From positions 124,001-188,000 of the IMG/VR virus record IMGVR_UViG_3300046694_000296: a stretch of DNA of 64,000 nucleotides, one strand, 5' to 3'. A program made the position numbers and the translations under genes. The notes beneath the pieces are model-generated. The model saw only the letters and a program-made list of their open reading frames with translations, searched no databases and was not told where the DNA came from. Shown one piece after another: positions 48,705 through 57,876 of this stretch. Numbering within the stretch: position 1 is the stretch's first letter; the number at the start of each line of letters is the position of its first letter.

Positions 48705-48833
48705 TCGCGCCAGAAGTCTGATTTGAGAATGTCGGTCGGGCGCAATGCCCGACCCAATCGAGAGGTTCCATTGACGTCGCACACCGGACCGGTGGCGAGC
48801 TCAATGCAGTCTTTCAACGAGGAGTAACCACAC

Positions 48834-49706
48834 ATGATCGAAGTCAATGGCAAGAACTGCCGCGTGCGCGTCATTGCGCACAGCGTCCCGGATTTTCGCG
48901 ACAACGCGAAGGAAATCTTTACGCTGGAGTTGCGTTACTGGCGGGCGGTGCATTCCGAGCTTATGACGCACCGCGACTTCAGCCGCAACGCCGGCTCGTC
49001 GCGAGCGATCCCGGTCGCCAAGATGATCGAGCAGGTCCGCAACGACCCGGCCGGCCCGCTGCATTGGGGCAAGAACCAGCCCGGCATGAAAGCGCAAGAA
49101 GAACTCACGCTTGACCAGCAGGAGCACGCGAAGATCATTTGGCGCGACGCGGCGAACGCAGCGGCCGACTACGCTCAGCAGATGATGGATCTCGGGCTGC
49201 ACAAGCAAGTCGCCAACCGGGCTCTTGAGCCGTATCAGTGGATCAACGTGCTCGTCACCTCGACGGAATGGGACAACTGGTTCAATCTGCGCGCGCACGC
49301 CGACGCCCAGCCCGAGATTCAAGACCTCGCCTACACCATGCGCGACGCGATGGAGCAGAGCACGCCGGTCAAGCGCGGCATCAAGCGCGACAGCGAAAAC
49401 GGGTGGCACCTGCCGTATGTGCTTGACAGCGAGCGCGAATTCATTCGCCTCGACGTGCTCAAGAAGCTCTCGACGGCCCGCTGCGCGCGCCTGTCCTATG
49501 AGCCCTTTGACGGCAACGCGGCGATCGAGAAGGAGATCGAGCGCTACAACCTACTGGTCGGCAGCGAGCCGCTGCACGCATCGCCCACTGAGCACCAAGC
49601 CTGCCCGCTGCCGGCCGGCTCGGATCAAAGCCGCAACTTCCGGGGTTGGCACCAGTATCGCGTGAACGTCGAGGCAGACGCTTATCTGGCGAAGCGCGCA
49701 GCGTAA
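48834..49706 (+). CDS. thyX: FAD-dependent thymidylate synthase (ThyX-like, phage type)
   Basis: ELMTHRDFSRNAGSSRAIP, HKQVANR.LEP, LR...AQPEI and HASPTEH motifs. Confidence 0.82.
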   Translation: MIEVNGKNCRVRVIAHSVPDFRDNAKEIFTLELRYWRAVHSELMTHRDFSRNAGSSRAIPVAKMIEQVRNDPAGPLHWGKNQPGMKAQEELTLDQQEHAKIIWRDAANAAADYAQQMMDLGLHKQVANRALEPYQWINVLVTSTEWDNWFNLRAHADAQPEIQDLAYTMRDAMEQSTPVKRGIKRDSENGWHLPYVLDSEREFIRLDVLKKLSTARCARLSYEPFDGNAAIEKEIERYNLLVGSEPLHASPTEHQACPLPAGSDQSRNFRGWHQYRVNVEADAYLAKRAA

Positions 49707-49713
49707 TGCAACG

Positions 49714-49753
49714 GTAACGGGTTGCCTCACTATACTGATAAGTAACCCGTTAC
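49714..49753 (+). promoter_or_regulatory. -10 box flanked by two operators
   Basis: GTAACGGGTTGC, TATACT (49731), TAAGTAACCCGTTAC. Confidence 0.75.
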
Positions 49754-49791
49754 ACACGGTTAAAACGAAACCTCTACAGGAGCAACACCTC

Positions 49792-50472
49792 ATGACCGAA
49801 GCCGCAAACATGAACACGATGGACAACACGACCTACCACGCTGAAGTCCTGTCGACCGAATCGAAGCCCGACGCGATCAACTTCGGCCCGGCGACGCTGA
49901 TGATGGCGCTGAACCTCGCCGTGCAAGCGGGCAACCTGCTCGACCAGATCAAGCGCGCCGTGTTCTACGGCAAGGACATCGACCCGCAGATCGCCGGCCA
50001 GGCGCTGCAAGCGATTCCTGCGATGGCGAACGACATCAAGTTCCCGCTCGCGACGGATCGCTACCGCGACCCGCGCGACGCCGATTTCTACAACAGCATC
50101 GACCCGAAGGCGAAGGAAATCCTGTCGCTGCATGGCGTGGACGTGCGCCTGCTGCACGCGGCCCTCGGTCGCTTTACCGAGTCCACCGAGTTCATCGAGG
50201 CGCTGGTCCCGACGTTCTTCGGTCAGGTGTTCGACAAGGTGAACGGTCTGGAAGAAATCGGCGACGGCCGCTGGTATGACGAGATTGCGCTCGACGCACT
50301 CGGCTACACCGCGGAGCAGTGCAACTTCACGAACATCAAGAAGCTGAAGGACAAGAAGGCGGGCCGCTACCAGAAGGGCGCGTTCGATCCGAACGCTGCA
50401 GTGGATCGTGACACGACCGCCGAGCGCGCACTGCTCGAAGCGGGCGCGGCCACCGAAGCACAGGCGGCGTAA
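49792..50472 (+). CDS. MazG-like nucleotide pyrophosphohydrolase
   Basis: RLLHAALG..ES.E...EEIGD..WY...NI.KL. Confidence 0.7.
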   Translation: MTEAANMNTMDNTTYHAEVLSTESKPDAINFGPATLMMALNLAVQAGNLLDQIKRAVFYGKDIDPQIAGQALQAIPAMANDIKFPLATDRYRDPRDADFYNSIDPKAKEILSLHGVDVRLLHAALGRFTESTEFIEALVPTFFGQVFDKVNGLEEIGDGRWYDEIALDALGYTAEQCNFTNIKKLKDKKAGRYQKGAFDPNAAVDRDTTAERALLEAGAATEAQAA

Positions 50473-51099
50473 GTGATTGGGCTTGCAGGTTCGCAAAGAA
50501 CGGGCAAGTCCACGCTCGCGAAGGCGTATGCGGAGGAGTCGGGGGTGAAGTTCATCGCCACCGGCGCTTCGGCCACCTTCGCGCGTCTTGGACTGGATCC
50601 AAAGAAGGACTACGACTTCGCGACGCGCCTGCGCACACAGCGTGAAATTCTCGCCGACTGCGACCGGCTCTATGACAGCGCAGGGGTGCGCTTCATCACC
50701 GACCGCACGCCGATCGACTTTCTCGGTTACACGCTCGCCGATGTCACACGCGAGAACGTGCGCGGGAAGCTCGAAGTGGAGCTGCAGCGCTACGTTGACG
50801 ATTGCTACGCCTGTGCGAATAAGCACTTCACCGTGCTCATCCTCGTGCAGCCGGGCATCGCGCTCGTCGAGGCAGAAGGCAAGGCGCCGGCAAGTCCGTC
50901 GTATATGGCGCACGTGAACGCGCTGATGCTGGGCCTGATGGCTGACGAAGCACTGCAAGCCGACCACTACAAGATTCCGCGCCGGGCCATCGAGCTCGAG
51001 ATTCGGATCAGCGCGGTCGAGGAAGCAGTGCGGAAGTCAGCGCAGCGCCACGTCGCGAAGATGGAGCGATTGCACGAAGACGGGCTGGTGCTGCACTAG
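50473..51099 (+). CDS. P-loop nucleotide kinase (AAA_28/dNMP kinase-like)
   Basis: GSQRTGKST; ITDRTPID..GY. Confidence 0.75.
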   Translation: MIGLAGSQRTGKSTLAKAYAEESGVKFIATGASATFARLGLDPKKDYDFATRLRTQREILADCDRLYDSAGVRFITDRTPIDFLGYTLADVTRENVRGKLEVELQRYVDDCYACANKHFTVLILVQPGIALVEAEGKAPASPSYMAHVNALMLGLMADEALQADHYKIPRRAIELEIRISAVEEAVRKSAQRHVAKMERLHEDGLVLH

Positions 51100-51167
51100 C
51101 CAAAAGAGGGAACCGACAATATCAATCAGTCGGTTCCCTTTCAAAACAACGAATTAGAGGACATTCC

Positions 51168-51794
51168 ATGACCACTCAGAACGTCAAGCTGACGAATCAC
51201 GCCCGCGACCAGATCATCCAGAACGCCCTGCACGGCGCGTTTGAAAAGGAGCGCAAGGCGAACAAGGCTCGTCTGACCAAGCTCGCCGACAAGTGCTATC
51301 GCTCGACGGTCAGCGTTGCGACCGAGAAGGCTGCCCGCCAGGCGCCCGACGACTTCCTGTATCTGTGCAACGTGATCTCGCGCATCTACTTCCGCGATGC
51401 GGAGCTGCGTCGGAACATGGACACGGCCTACGATGTGGAGCTCTCGCGTGCCGTCCCGTTCCCGGGCCGTCATACCACGCTGACCATCGAGTCCAAAGAG
51501 CTGCATGCCGAGTATGTGGAGATCATGCGAGTGGAGCGCGAGCTGGACCAGAAGCACAACGACCTCGCGGAAAGCCTCAAGCGCACGGTCTACAGCACGT
51601 CCTCGCTCAAGAAGCTGATAGAGATGTGGCCGGAGGTCGAGAACTTCCTGCCCGCCTCCGTCACCGCACCGAAGCCCATGCTTCCGGCGCTGCCCGTCGG
51701 CGATCTGAACAATGCGCTGCGCGCCGCCGGGGTCAAGGTCGGTGTCATCGTCACGCCGAAAGCAACCGGCGGCCTTGTAGCGGTGGCAGCATGA
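51168..51794 (+). CDS. Nmad5-like protein (nucleotide modification associated domain)
   Basis: KLT...RD.I...A N-terminus and S.KKL.E.WPE...LP C-terminal motif. Confidence 0.6.
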   Translation: MTTQNVKLTNHARDQIIQNALHGAFEKERKANKARLTKLADKCYRSTVSVATEKAARQAPDDFLYLCNVISRIYFRDAELRRNMDTAYDVELSRAVPFPGRHTTLTIESKELHAEYVEIMRVERELDQKHNDLAESLKRTVYSTSSLKKLIEMWPEVENFLPASVTAPKPMLPALPVGDLNNALRAAGVKVGVIVTPKATGGLVAVAA

Positions 51795-52219
51795 GCGACC
51801 ACCCGACGATCCGCGAGGAACTGGAGCGCAAGGTCACGGAAGAGGTCGAGCGCGTGTTCCTCGCCGTGCGCAGCGGCAAGATGAGCACCTACGGCTACCA
51901 CCAGGCGCTCGAAGGGCTCTGGGGCGGTGTGGCGGGGCTCGTCTCGAAGGAGTCGATGGAACTCATCACGCAGGCCCGCCGCGAGCATACGGCCGCGCCG
52001 AACATGACGCTGCGCACGGTCATCGTGATCGGTGAGGCGGTCGCCAGCGTGAAGTGGATGGTCGGCAGCGACACGGTTGCGACCATGATTAAGAAGCCCG
52101 GCGCGCAGCCGCAGGTGGTCACGCGCACGGTCGAGGACAACAGCCCGTTGTCGGCGTTGAAATACTACGCGGCAGCGGCCAAGAAGTTCCGGGACATGCC
52201 CGGAGCGGTGGAGTTTTGA
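51791..52219 (+). CDS. Hypothetical protein
   Basis: ATGA coupling. Confidence 0.65.
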   Translation: MSDHPTIREELERKVTEEVERVFLAVRSGKMSTYGYHQALEGLWGGVAGLVSKESMELITQARREHTAAPNMTLRTVIVIGEAVASVKWMVGSDTVATMIKKPGAQPQVVTRTVEDNSPLSALKYYAAAAKKFRDMPGAVEF

Positions 52220-52221
52220 CC

Positions 52222-52530
52222 ATGACGAACGAACGGAAGAAAGAGATCGAGGCGATCGGCGACCAGGAATGGCGACAGATGATGAACGAGGTGGACGTCG
52301 CCGATGGGTTGAGGCCCGAGCGGCGGATTTTCACCATCATGCCGAGCGTGAAGCAGAACATTTCGTTCTTCGGCGCAGCGCACGAGACGATCCTCTACGT
52401 CACGGAGGAGGGCGAGTTCAACTGGTGCGCGAACCCGGAGGAGGCGATCCTCGCGATGGAGGCGGCCGGCACGAACAAGCCGATTGCCGCGCTGCTGCGT
52501 CGTTTGCGCGATTACGAGAATCAAGTTTGA
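52222..52530 (+). CDS. Hypothetical protein
   Basis: GGAG RBS. Confidence 0.65.
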   Translation: MTNERKKEIEAIGDQEWRQMMNEVDVADGLRPERRIFTIMPSVKQNISFFGAAHETILYVTEEGEFNWCANPEEAILAMEAAGTNKPIAALLRRLRDYENQV

Positions 52531-52551
52531 GCTCCAATCGCTCACGCTTAC

Positions 52552-52574
52552 TATACTGGTAAGTAACACGTTAC
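52552..52574 (+). promoter_or_regulatory. -10 box + operator
   Basis: TATACT-GG-TAAGTAACACGTTAC. Confidence 0.75.
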
Positions 52575-52597
52575 CAACCAACTATTACAGAGGGAAC

Positions 52598-53065
52598 ATG
52601 ACCACCACGATTTCGGCGATGCGACTCGACGTCGCCAACCTCGTCAAGCGCGCAGACGAACTGCCGTTCAAGCGCGACGAGGACTTGCTCTTCACGATCC
52701 TGGGCGAGCTCCAGAACCGCAGCGACGCGCAGAAGCAGGAAGTCTTCGCGCAGTCGCGCAAAGGCGGCGGGGTGTTTCTCTTCGAGAGCAAGAACTTCCC
52801 GGGCCACATCGCCGAATACATTCCCGGCATCGTCGAGACGGACAGCATTTCATGCCTGTTCACGCCGCACCCGATGCTCGCCGAAGCGCGTCTGGTGCTC
52901 AAGTTCCGCGAGGAGCTGATCGAAGCCATCGAGCGCGTGCAGCAAGCCGCGCCGGGCTCGCTCAAGAAGGCCGACCCGGGCCGCAGCCGCGCGGTGTTCC
53001 TCAACGAGATGTCCACGCTGCAGCTCGCCGACACCCTGCGCGAACTGGGCCGCGTGAAGCTGTAA
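52598..53065 (+). CDS. Hypothetical protein
   Basis: Own promoter and operator; GAGGG RBS. Confidence 0.7.
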   Translation: MTTTISAMRLDVANLVKRADELPFKRDEDLLFTILGELQNRSDAQKQEVFAQSRKGGGVFLFESKNFPGHIAEYIPGIVETDSISCLFTPHPMLAEARLVLKFREELIEAIERVQQAAPGSLKKADPGRSRAVFLNEMSTLQLADTLRELGRVKL

Positions 53066-53133
53066 AGCCAAGAACCCGAAAATCCCCGCCGAGCGGGGAG
53101 CGATTTTCCACCACCTATAAGGATCACCCGATC

Positions 53134-53556
53134 ATGGCAAACCTCATCAAGCGCGTCGTCAAGGCTCAATACGAAACCACGGACGGCCAAGTGTTCGAAG
53201 ACAAAGCGGAAGCGGTCAAGCATCAGGCCGATCTGGACCGTGTGCGCAAGGTCGCCGAGCTCGTCGACACGAAGGCGGGGCTCTACGCGGCGACCGTCAC
53301 CCGCAACGGCGATTCGGTCATCGAGCACTGGGGCACCTTCGACTTCGGCAGCATCGCCCGCTTCATCATCGACAACGCCGACGCGCTGCGCGAGATCCTG
53401 CCGAAGCGCGCCAAGAGCATCCAAGTCGTGCCGGCCGAGCCTATTCCCGCGAGCGAACTGATCGACCCCGCCACGCCGCAGACCGCGGAAGAGGCGCTGC
53501 TGCCCTACAACCCGGTCCTGAACGCCGCGCCGCCGGTCGCGATGCTGAACGTCTAA
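53134..53556 (+). CDS. Hypothetical protein
   Basis: YETTDGQVFEDK.EA motif common in phage small proteins. Confidence 0.7.
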   Translation: MANLIKRVVKAQYETTDGQVFEDKAEAVKHQADLDRVRKVAELVDTKAGLYAATVTRNGDSVIEHWGTFDFGSIARFIIDNADALREILPKRAKSIQVVPAEPIPASELIDPATPQTAEEALLPYNPVLNAAPPVAMLNV

Positions 53557-53653
53557 GCGACCCACCGCAGCAGCACCAATCCGAACGGGCGCCATCGAGC
53601 GCCCGTTATCTTGATAGGTATCTTGATACCAAAATACCAGTGACGAGGACACT

Positions 53654-54097
53654 ATGAGCAACGAGCCGAACTTCGAACTGTTGAAGGACGCATACGAGAT
53701 TGTCGACGGCATTCCGGCCGAGAATTTCAACCTGAACCAGTGGCGCAAGAAAGACCGCGGTATGAGCTGCGGCACGATCGCCTGCGCGGCCGGCTGGCTC
53801 TCGCTGCACCCGAAGTTTCAGGCACTCGGGCTTGGCTACCGGGACTTCGGCATTGAGGGCTATCAAGTCACGTTTGGCGACGAATATCACTTCGCAGCGC
53901 TCGCCGAGCTCTTCAACATCGGCAACACACAAGCACACGTTCTGTTCGGATCGGCGCATGAGTTCGAACCCGAGGAACACAAAGCTGAGTTCCTCAAGCG
54001 CGTGCGTGTCTTCCTGCAGAGGCACGGGCAACTGAAGGAGCAGATCGTGCGGCGCGAGCGCCATCGGACTGTCGTGCAGCGGAGTCTCACGCGATGA
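53654..54097 (+). CDS. Hypothetical protein
   Basis: CGTIACAAGW motif; GAGG RBS. Confidence 0.7.
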   Translation: MSNEPNFELLKDAYEIVDGIPAENFNLNQWRKKDRGMSCGTIACAAGWLSLHPKFQALGLGYRDFGIEGYQVTFGDEYHFAALAELFNIGNTQAHVLFGSAHEFEPEEHKAEFLKRVRVFLQRHGQLKEQIVRRERHRTVVQRSLTR

Positions 54098-54672
54098 GCC
54101 GTATCTTCTTCACCGCCGACACCCACTTCGGGCATCGCAAGGCGATCGGCTTCGAGAACCGCGCGTTCGAATCCGTCGAGGAGATGGACGAAAAGCTGAT
54201 CGAGAACTGGAACGAGGCGGTCGGGCGGGGCGACACCATCTACCACCTCGGCGACCTGTCGTTCTCCAATGCCGAGCGCACCATCGAGATCGTGCGCCGG
54301 CTCAACGGGCAAAAGCACTGGATCGTGGGCAACCACGACAAGGCGCTCGCCAAGAAGCCCGACCTCGCGCGGCTGTTCAACACGGTCGGCCCGCTCAAGG
54401 AGATCAAAGTCGATGACCCGGATGCCCGCGCCGGCGGCAAGCAACGCATCATCATGTGCCACTTCCCGCTCCTGACGTGGAACTGCGCGCATTACGGCGC
54501 GTGGATGCTGCACGGGCACTCACACGGCCACATGCGCTACCCGGTTTCGATGCGCATCATGGACGTGGGCGTCGATCCCAACTGGCTTGCGCCGGTCAGC
54601 TACGAGAACGTCAAGCGCTTCATGGCAGACAAGGAATACGTCGCGCTCGACCAGCATCAAGAGCGCTCCTAG
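54094..54672 (+). CDS. Calcineurin-like metallophosphoesterase
   Basis: ADTHFGH, HLGD, GNHD, HFP, HGHSH and DVGVD motifs. Confidence 0.9.
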   Translation: MSRIFFTADTHFGHRKAIGFENRAFESVEEMDEKLIENWNEAVGRGDTIYHLGDLSFSNAERTIEIVRRLNGQKHWIVGNHDKALAKKPDLARLFNTVGPLKEIKVDDPDARAGGKQRIIMCHFPLLTWNCAHYGAWMLHGHSHGHMRYPVSMRIMDVGVDPNWLAPVSYENVKRFMADKEYVALDQHQERS

Positions 54673-54676
54673 TCGG

Positions 54677-55147
54677 TCACGTCCGAAGCTTGTCGAGCAC
54701 GGTCGCAGCGTTGCAGGACGCCTCATCAACGTCGACGGTGAAGCGTTCAAGCTCATCCTCGGGCCATCTCATATCGCTGATTGCCTTCTTCGACGAACCC
54801 TGATAGTTGAGGATCTGATCACCGTTCGTGTCCGTAATAGGGTGTGCGTGAATAAGCGCATTCCGTTGGTGTATCAACGCCCCGAATTCCACACATACGG
54901 CATTCAGTTCGTCTTTCGAAACGCGCGTGAAATCTGTCCGACTGTCGATGACCGATTGCAGCTTCTTGGCGACATCGCCGGACATGATCGGCTTTCCGCG
55001 AGAGTAGGTCGAAACGAAGCCGGGGTTCAAATACTCGATGATGTAAATAATGGTCCACTCGTAGTAAGCGAACAAGTAGACGGCGGTCCCCAAGCGAGCG
55101 GTGTAGCTCGGATCGAACGGTGTGCGCAATTCAAGGTTTGATGCCAT
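54677..55147 (-). CDS. HEPN-like protein (moron, antisense to the operon)
   Basis: Lower GC; all-helical with LG..V..F..YE and RNALIH (R-x4-H) motif. Confidence 0.5.
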   Translation of the reverse strand: MASNLELRTPFDPSYTARLGTAVYLFAYYEWTIIYIIEYLNPGFVSTYSRGKPIMSGDVAKKLQSVIDSRTDFTRVSKDELNAVCVEFGALIHQRNALIHAHPITDTNGDQILNYQGSSKKAISDMRWPEDELERFTVDVDEASCNAATVLDKLRT

Positions 55148-55281
55148 TGCTGCCTCATAGCAGTTGAAAGCAGCGATGCTAGCGAGTTCCTGCGTCGAAC
55201 ACAAACTCCAAAATGTATACGCAGCGGGCCGACCAGCGCTCACTATACTGAGTAACAGGTAACTTATTTATTGAGGTGTGT

Positions 55282-55863
55282 ATGACCCGAATCGCGGGCC
55301 TTGACCTAGAAACCACGGGCCTTGACCAGTCGGCCGGACATCGGATCATCGAAGTCGCGGTGACGCTCCACGAGCTCGAAACCGAGCGCTTCCTGGGCAA
55401 ATACGTCCAGCGTATCAACCCGCAGCGTGCCATCGACCCCGATGCGCAGCGCGTGCACGGGATCACCTTCGAGCAGCTGGCGCACGAGCCGACGTGGGAA
55501 CAGGTCGCGCCGAACGTCCACCGCGTGCTCTCTGCGGTGCGCTACATGGCCGGGCACAACATCATCGGCTTCGACTGGCCGTTCCTCTCAGGCGAGTTCA
55601 AGCGCATCGGCATGGCGGTCCCCGAGCTGGAGCTCATCGACACGATGGTGGACGCCCGCTGGGCGACGCCGCTGGGCAAGCTCCCGAATCTCTCGGAGCT
55701 CTGTTTTGCCACCGGTATCGAGTATGACCCGAGCCAAGCACACGGCGCCCTATACGACATCGACGTAAACATGAATGCGTATTTCGCCGCGCGTCGCATG
55801 GGCTTCTTCGGCCCGCAAATCGTTCAACCCGTTCCCGCAATCGTGGAGGAAGCAACAGCATGA
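55282..55863 (+). CDS. DnaQ-like DEDDh 3'-5' exonuclease
   Basis: DLETTG, HRIIE, GHN..FD, IDT and H.ALYD motifs. Confidence 0.9.
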   Translation: MTRIAGLDLETTGLDQSAGHRIIEVAVTLHELETERFLGKYVQRINPQRAIDPDAQRVHGITFEQLAHEPTWEQVAPNVHRVLSAVRYMAGHNIIGFDWPFLSGEFKRIGMAVPELELIDTMVDARWATPLGKLPNLSELCFATGIEYDPSQAHGALYDIDVNMNAYFAARRMGFFGPQIVQPVPAIVEEATA

Positions 55864-56075
55864 ATGAAACCCGAAAGATGATTCCAGTCATGGTGACTCG
55901 GAACTTCGAAGTTCGCCCATGCGTGGACGCGCCGCCGACTTTGACTCTTTCAAAGGGCGACGTCATTCACGTTGATGCCGATATGCACGCCAGCGATTCG
56001 AAGCTGGTGTTCGCGGTCGGGCCGACAGGTCGCCAGTTCCCGATGGCGAAGATTGCATATCAGGTGGCGTCATGA
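55860..56075 (+). CDS. Hypothetical protein
   Basis: ATGA coupling on both sides. Confidence 0.6.
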   Translation: MNETRKMIPVMVTRNFEVRPCVDAPPTLTLSKGDVIHVDADMHASDSKLVFAVGPTGRQFPMAKIAYQVAS

Positions 56076-56650
56076 GCCGCATCAAAGTCATCGTGAAGGG
56101 CCAGTCCGGCAGCGGTCACCACCGCACCGCAGAGGCGATCTTCGCCATGCTCGACAGCAAGGGCGCAAACATTCGCGTGGACAGCGGCGACGCCGTGCTG
56201 CGCACCGGTTACGCCACTATGTTCAATGCCAGGGGCCTGCGCGTGAAGTTGAAGGTCGTGCAAGAGCCGCGCGAGGAGGTGCCTGTGCGCGCGGCCGACG
56301 AGCCATGCAGGTGCAAGACGCTGGGCGACTGGAATGGCAATCATCACCCCTTGTGCGACGGCGAGGTGATGATGGCGGTGAACGAGGAAGAGGCTCGCTA
56401 CATTCTGACCCGCCGCGGGCAGAAGATGACCCACTACAGCGTGCATCAGGACAAGGAAGGCCGGTTCTACTACTGGTCGTGGGGCCGACAGCCGGCGGGC
56501 GAACTGCTCAACCAGATCGCCGACATCAACCCGGTGATCGCGGCGAAGAAGTTCCTCACGATCTACCTGCCGTGCGATCCGGCGAGTTGGGGCAGCTGCA
56601 TCCAGCCCAAGCGCAAGGATGGACAGCCGATCGTGGGCGAGACATGCTAG
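56072..56650 (+). CDS. Hypothetical protein
   Basis: Coupled ORF with good codon usage. Confidence 0.6.
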   Translation: MSRIKVIVKGQSGSGHHRTAEAIFAMLDSKGANIRVDSGDAVLRTGYATMFNARGLRVKLKVVQEPREEVPVRAADEPCRCKTLGDWNGNHHPLCDGEVMMAVNEEEARYILTRRGQKMTHYSVHQDKEGRFYYWSWGRQPAGELLNQIADINPVIAAKKFLTIYLPCDPASWGSCIQPKRKDGQPIVGETC

Positions 56651-57354
56651 TCAGCGTGTTCGCCGACGCATCATTCGACCCTAACACGCGTGCCGGCGGC
56701 TTCGGCTGCTGGATGAAGTCTCAGCGCGGCGGCCACTCAGCGGGCGGGCCGTTCAAGTCCCGGGCGCGCAATAGCGGCATCGCCGAAATGATGGCGTGCC
56801 TGAATGCGGCGCACCTTGCGTTCGTGCATCAGGTTGCCTTCCCGGGCGACGAGCTCCTCATCCAGACCGATTGCCAGGCCGCGATCCTTGCATTCGAGGG
56901 CAAGCGGGCTCTGCAAGAGGACGAGAAGATCATCGCGGATGGCATGGCGACCATCGCGCAGATCAAGCAAGCGCGCATTCGTTTCCGCCACGTCAAGGGG
57001 CACACGAAGGGCGATCAGCCTCGCTTGTGGGTGAATAATCATTGCGACGCACTCGCAAAGCAGGGCAGACGCGAAGCGCTTGCCCTGCACAAAACGCAGT
57101 CCTTGCCGAACCTGATCGAGGTGCCAGCGCGCCGCGTCAAGAGCGAGGACGAGCGTTCGCAAAAGCGCGCTGCGCGAAAGCACGCTAGGATGGCGGATCA
57201 AAATAACCGCCGTGCATTCGCTTTCGGCTTTAATAACAAGGAGAATCATTCGCATGTGGGCACCGGCGTTTCACCAATACCGCTTCGGCAAGAACAAGAG
57301 CTGGCTCAACAGCCTGTGGCTGGGCACGATCTGGGCGTTTCTCACGCTGCCTGA
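56644..57354 (+). CDS. Ribonuclease HI-like protein
   Basis: FADAS, AEMMA, TDC, HVKGH and N..CDALA motifs. Confidence 0.85.
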   Translation: MLVSVFADASFDPNTRAGGFGCWMKSQRGGHSAGGPFKSRARNSGIAEMMACLNAAHLAFVHQVAFPGDELLIQTDCQAAILAFEGKRALQEDEKIIADGMATIAQIKQARIRFRHVKGHTKGDQPRLWVNNHCDALAKQGRREALALHKTQSLPNLIEVPARRVKSEDERSQKRAARKHARMADQNNRRAFAFGFNNKENHSHVGTGVSPIPLRQEQELAQQPVAGHDLGVSHAA

Positions 57355-57532
57355 GATCCTGCTGTTCAACCTGCTGGTCCCCGCAATTGCTCACCCGAAG
57401 GTGGCGCATTTACGGCTGCTCTCGACGCTTGCGCTCCTCATCAAGCTGCCCGTCTTAGGTATGCTGGGTCGGGTGACCTCGGAAGACGTGAGCATTGAGG
57501 AATTAACCAAGCGTCTGAAATCGGTCCAATGA
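57254..57532 (+). CDS. Small membrane protein
   Basis: AAGGAG RBS; two hydrophobic segments; overlaps the RNase H tail. Confidence 0.5.
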   Translation: MWAPAFHQYRFGKNKSWLNSLWLGTIWAFLTLPEILLFNLLVPAIAHPKVAHLRLLSTLALLIKLPVLGMLGRVTSEDVSIEELTKRLKSVQ

Positions 57533-57648
57533 CCAGTCTGTAGAGTCTGAATTTGCAATTGGTTGCACAGGGAAAGCGCAGAGGCGCTTTTATTTTCCCT
57601 GTGTGTGTAAGTAATGCCTTACTCATACTATACTGAGTGGAGAGGCTA

Positions 57649-57876
57649 ATGAGAACGCCGCGAAAGAGCTACCGCATCTATGGCCGCGCCCCGCGCCACG
57701 GTAGTTTCAAGGCAATGGATATGCATAATATGATTCAAGCGTCTCGGATAAGTAAAGCAACAACTTACTGGGACCGCACCGAAGCTGAGGCAAAGAAGCT
57801 GAAGGCTTGGGTGGATGAGTTGAATGCTGAGAAAACTGGCTGGTTGTATGAATTGAGGGAGGTAAAGGACAAATGA
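57649..57876 (+). CDS. Hypothetical protein (low GC)
   Basis: Follows operator and TATACT; GGAGAGG RBS. Confidence 0.6.
   Translation: MRTPRKSYRIYGRAPRHGSFKAMDMHNMIQASRISKATTYWDRTEAEAKKLKAWVDELNAEKTGWLYELREVKDK

Noticed and set aside
2394-57634. Operator as a host LexA (SOS) box
   Set aside because: Does not match the CTGT-N8-ACAG consensus of beta/gammaproteobacterial LexA.
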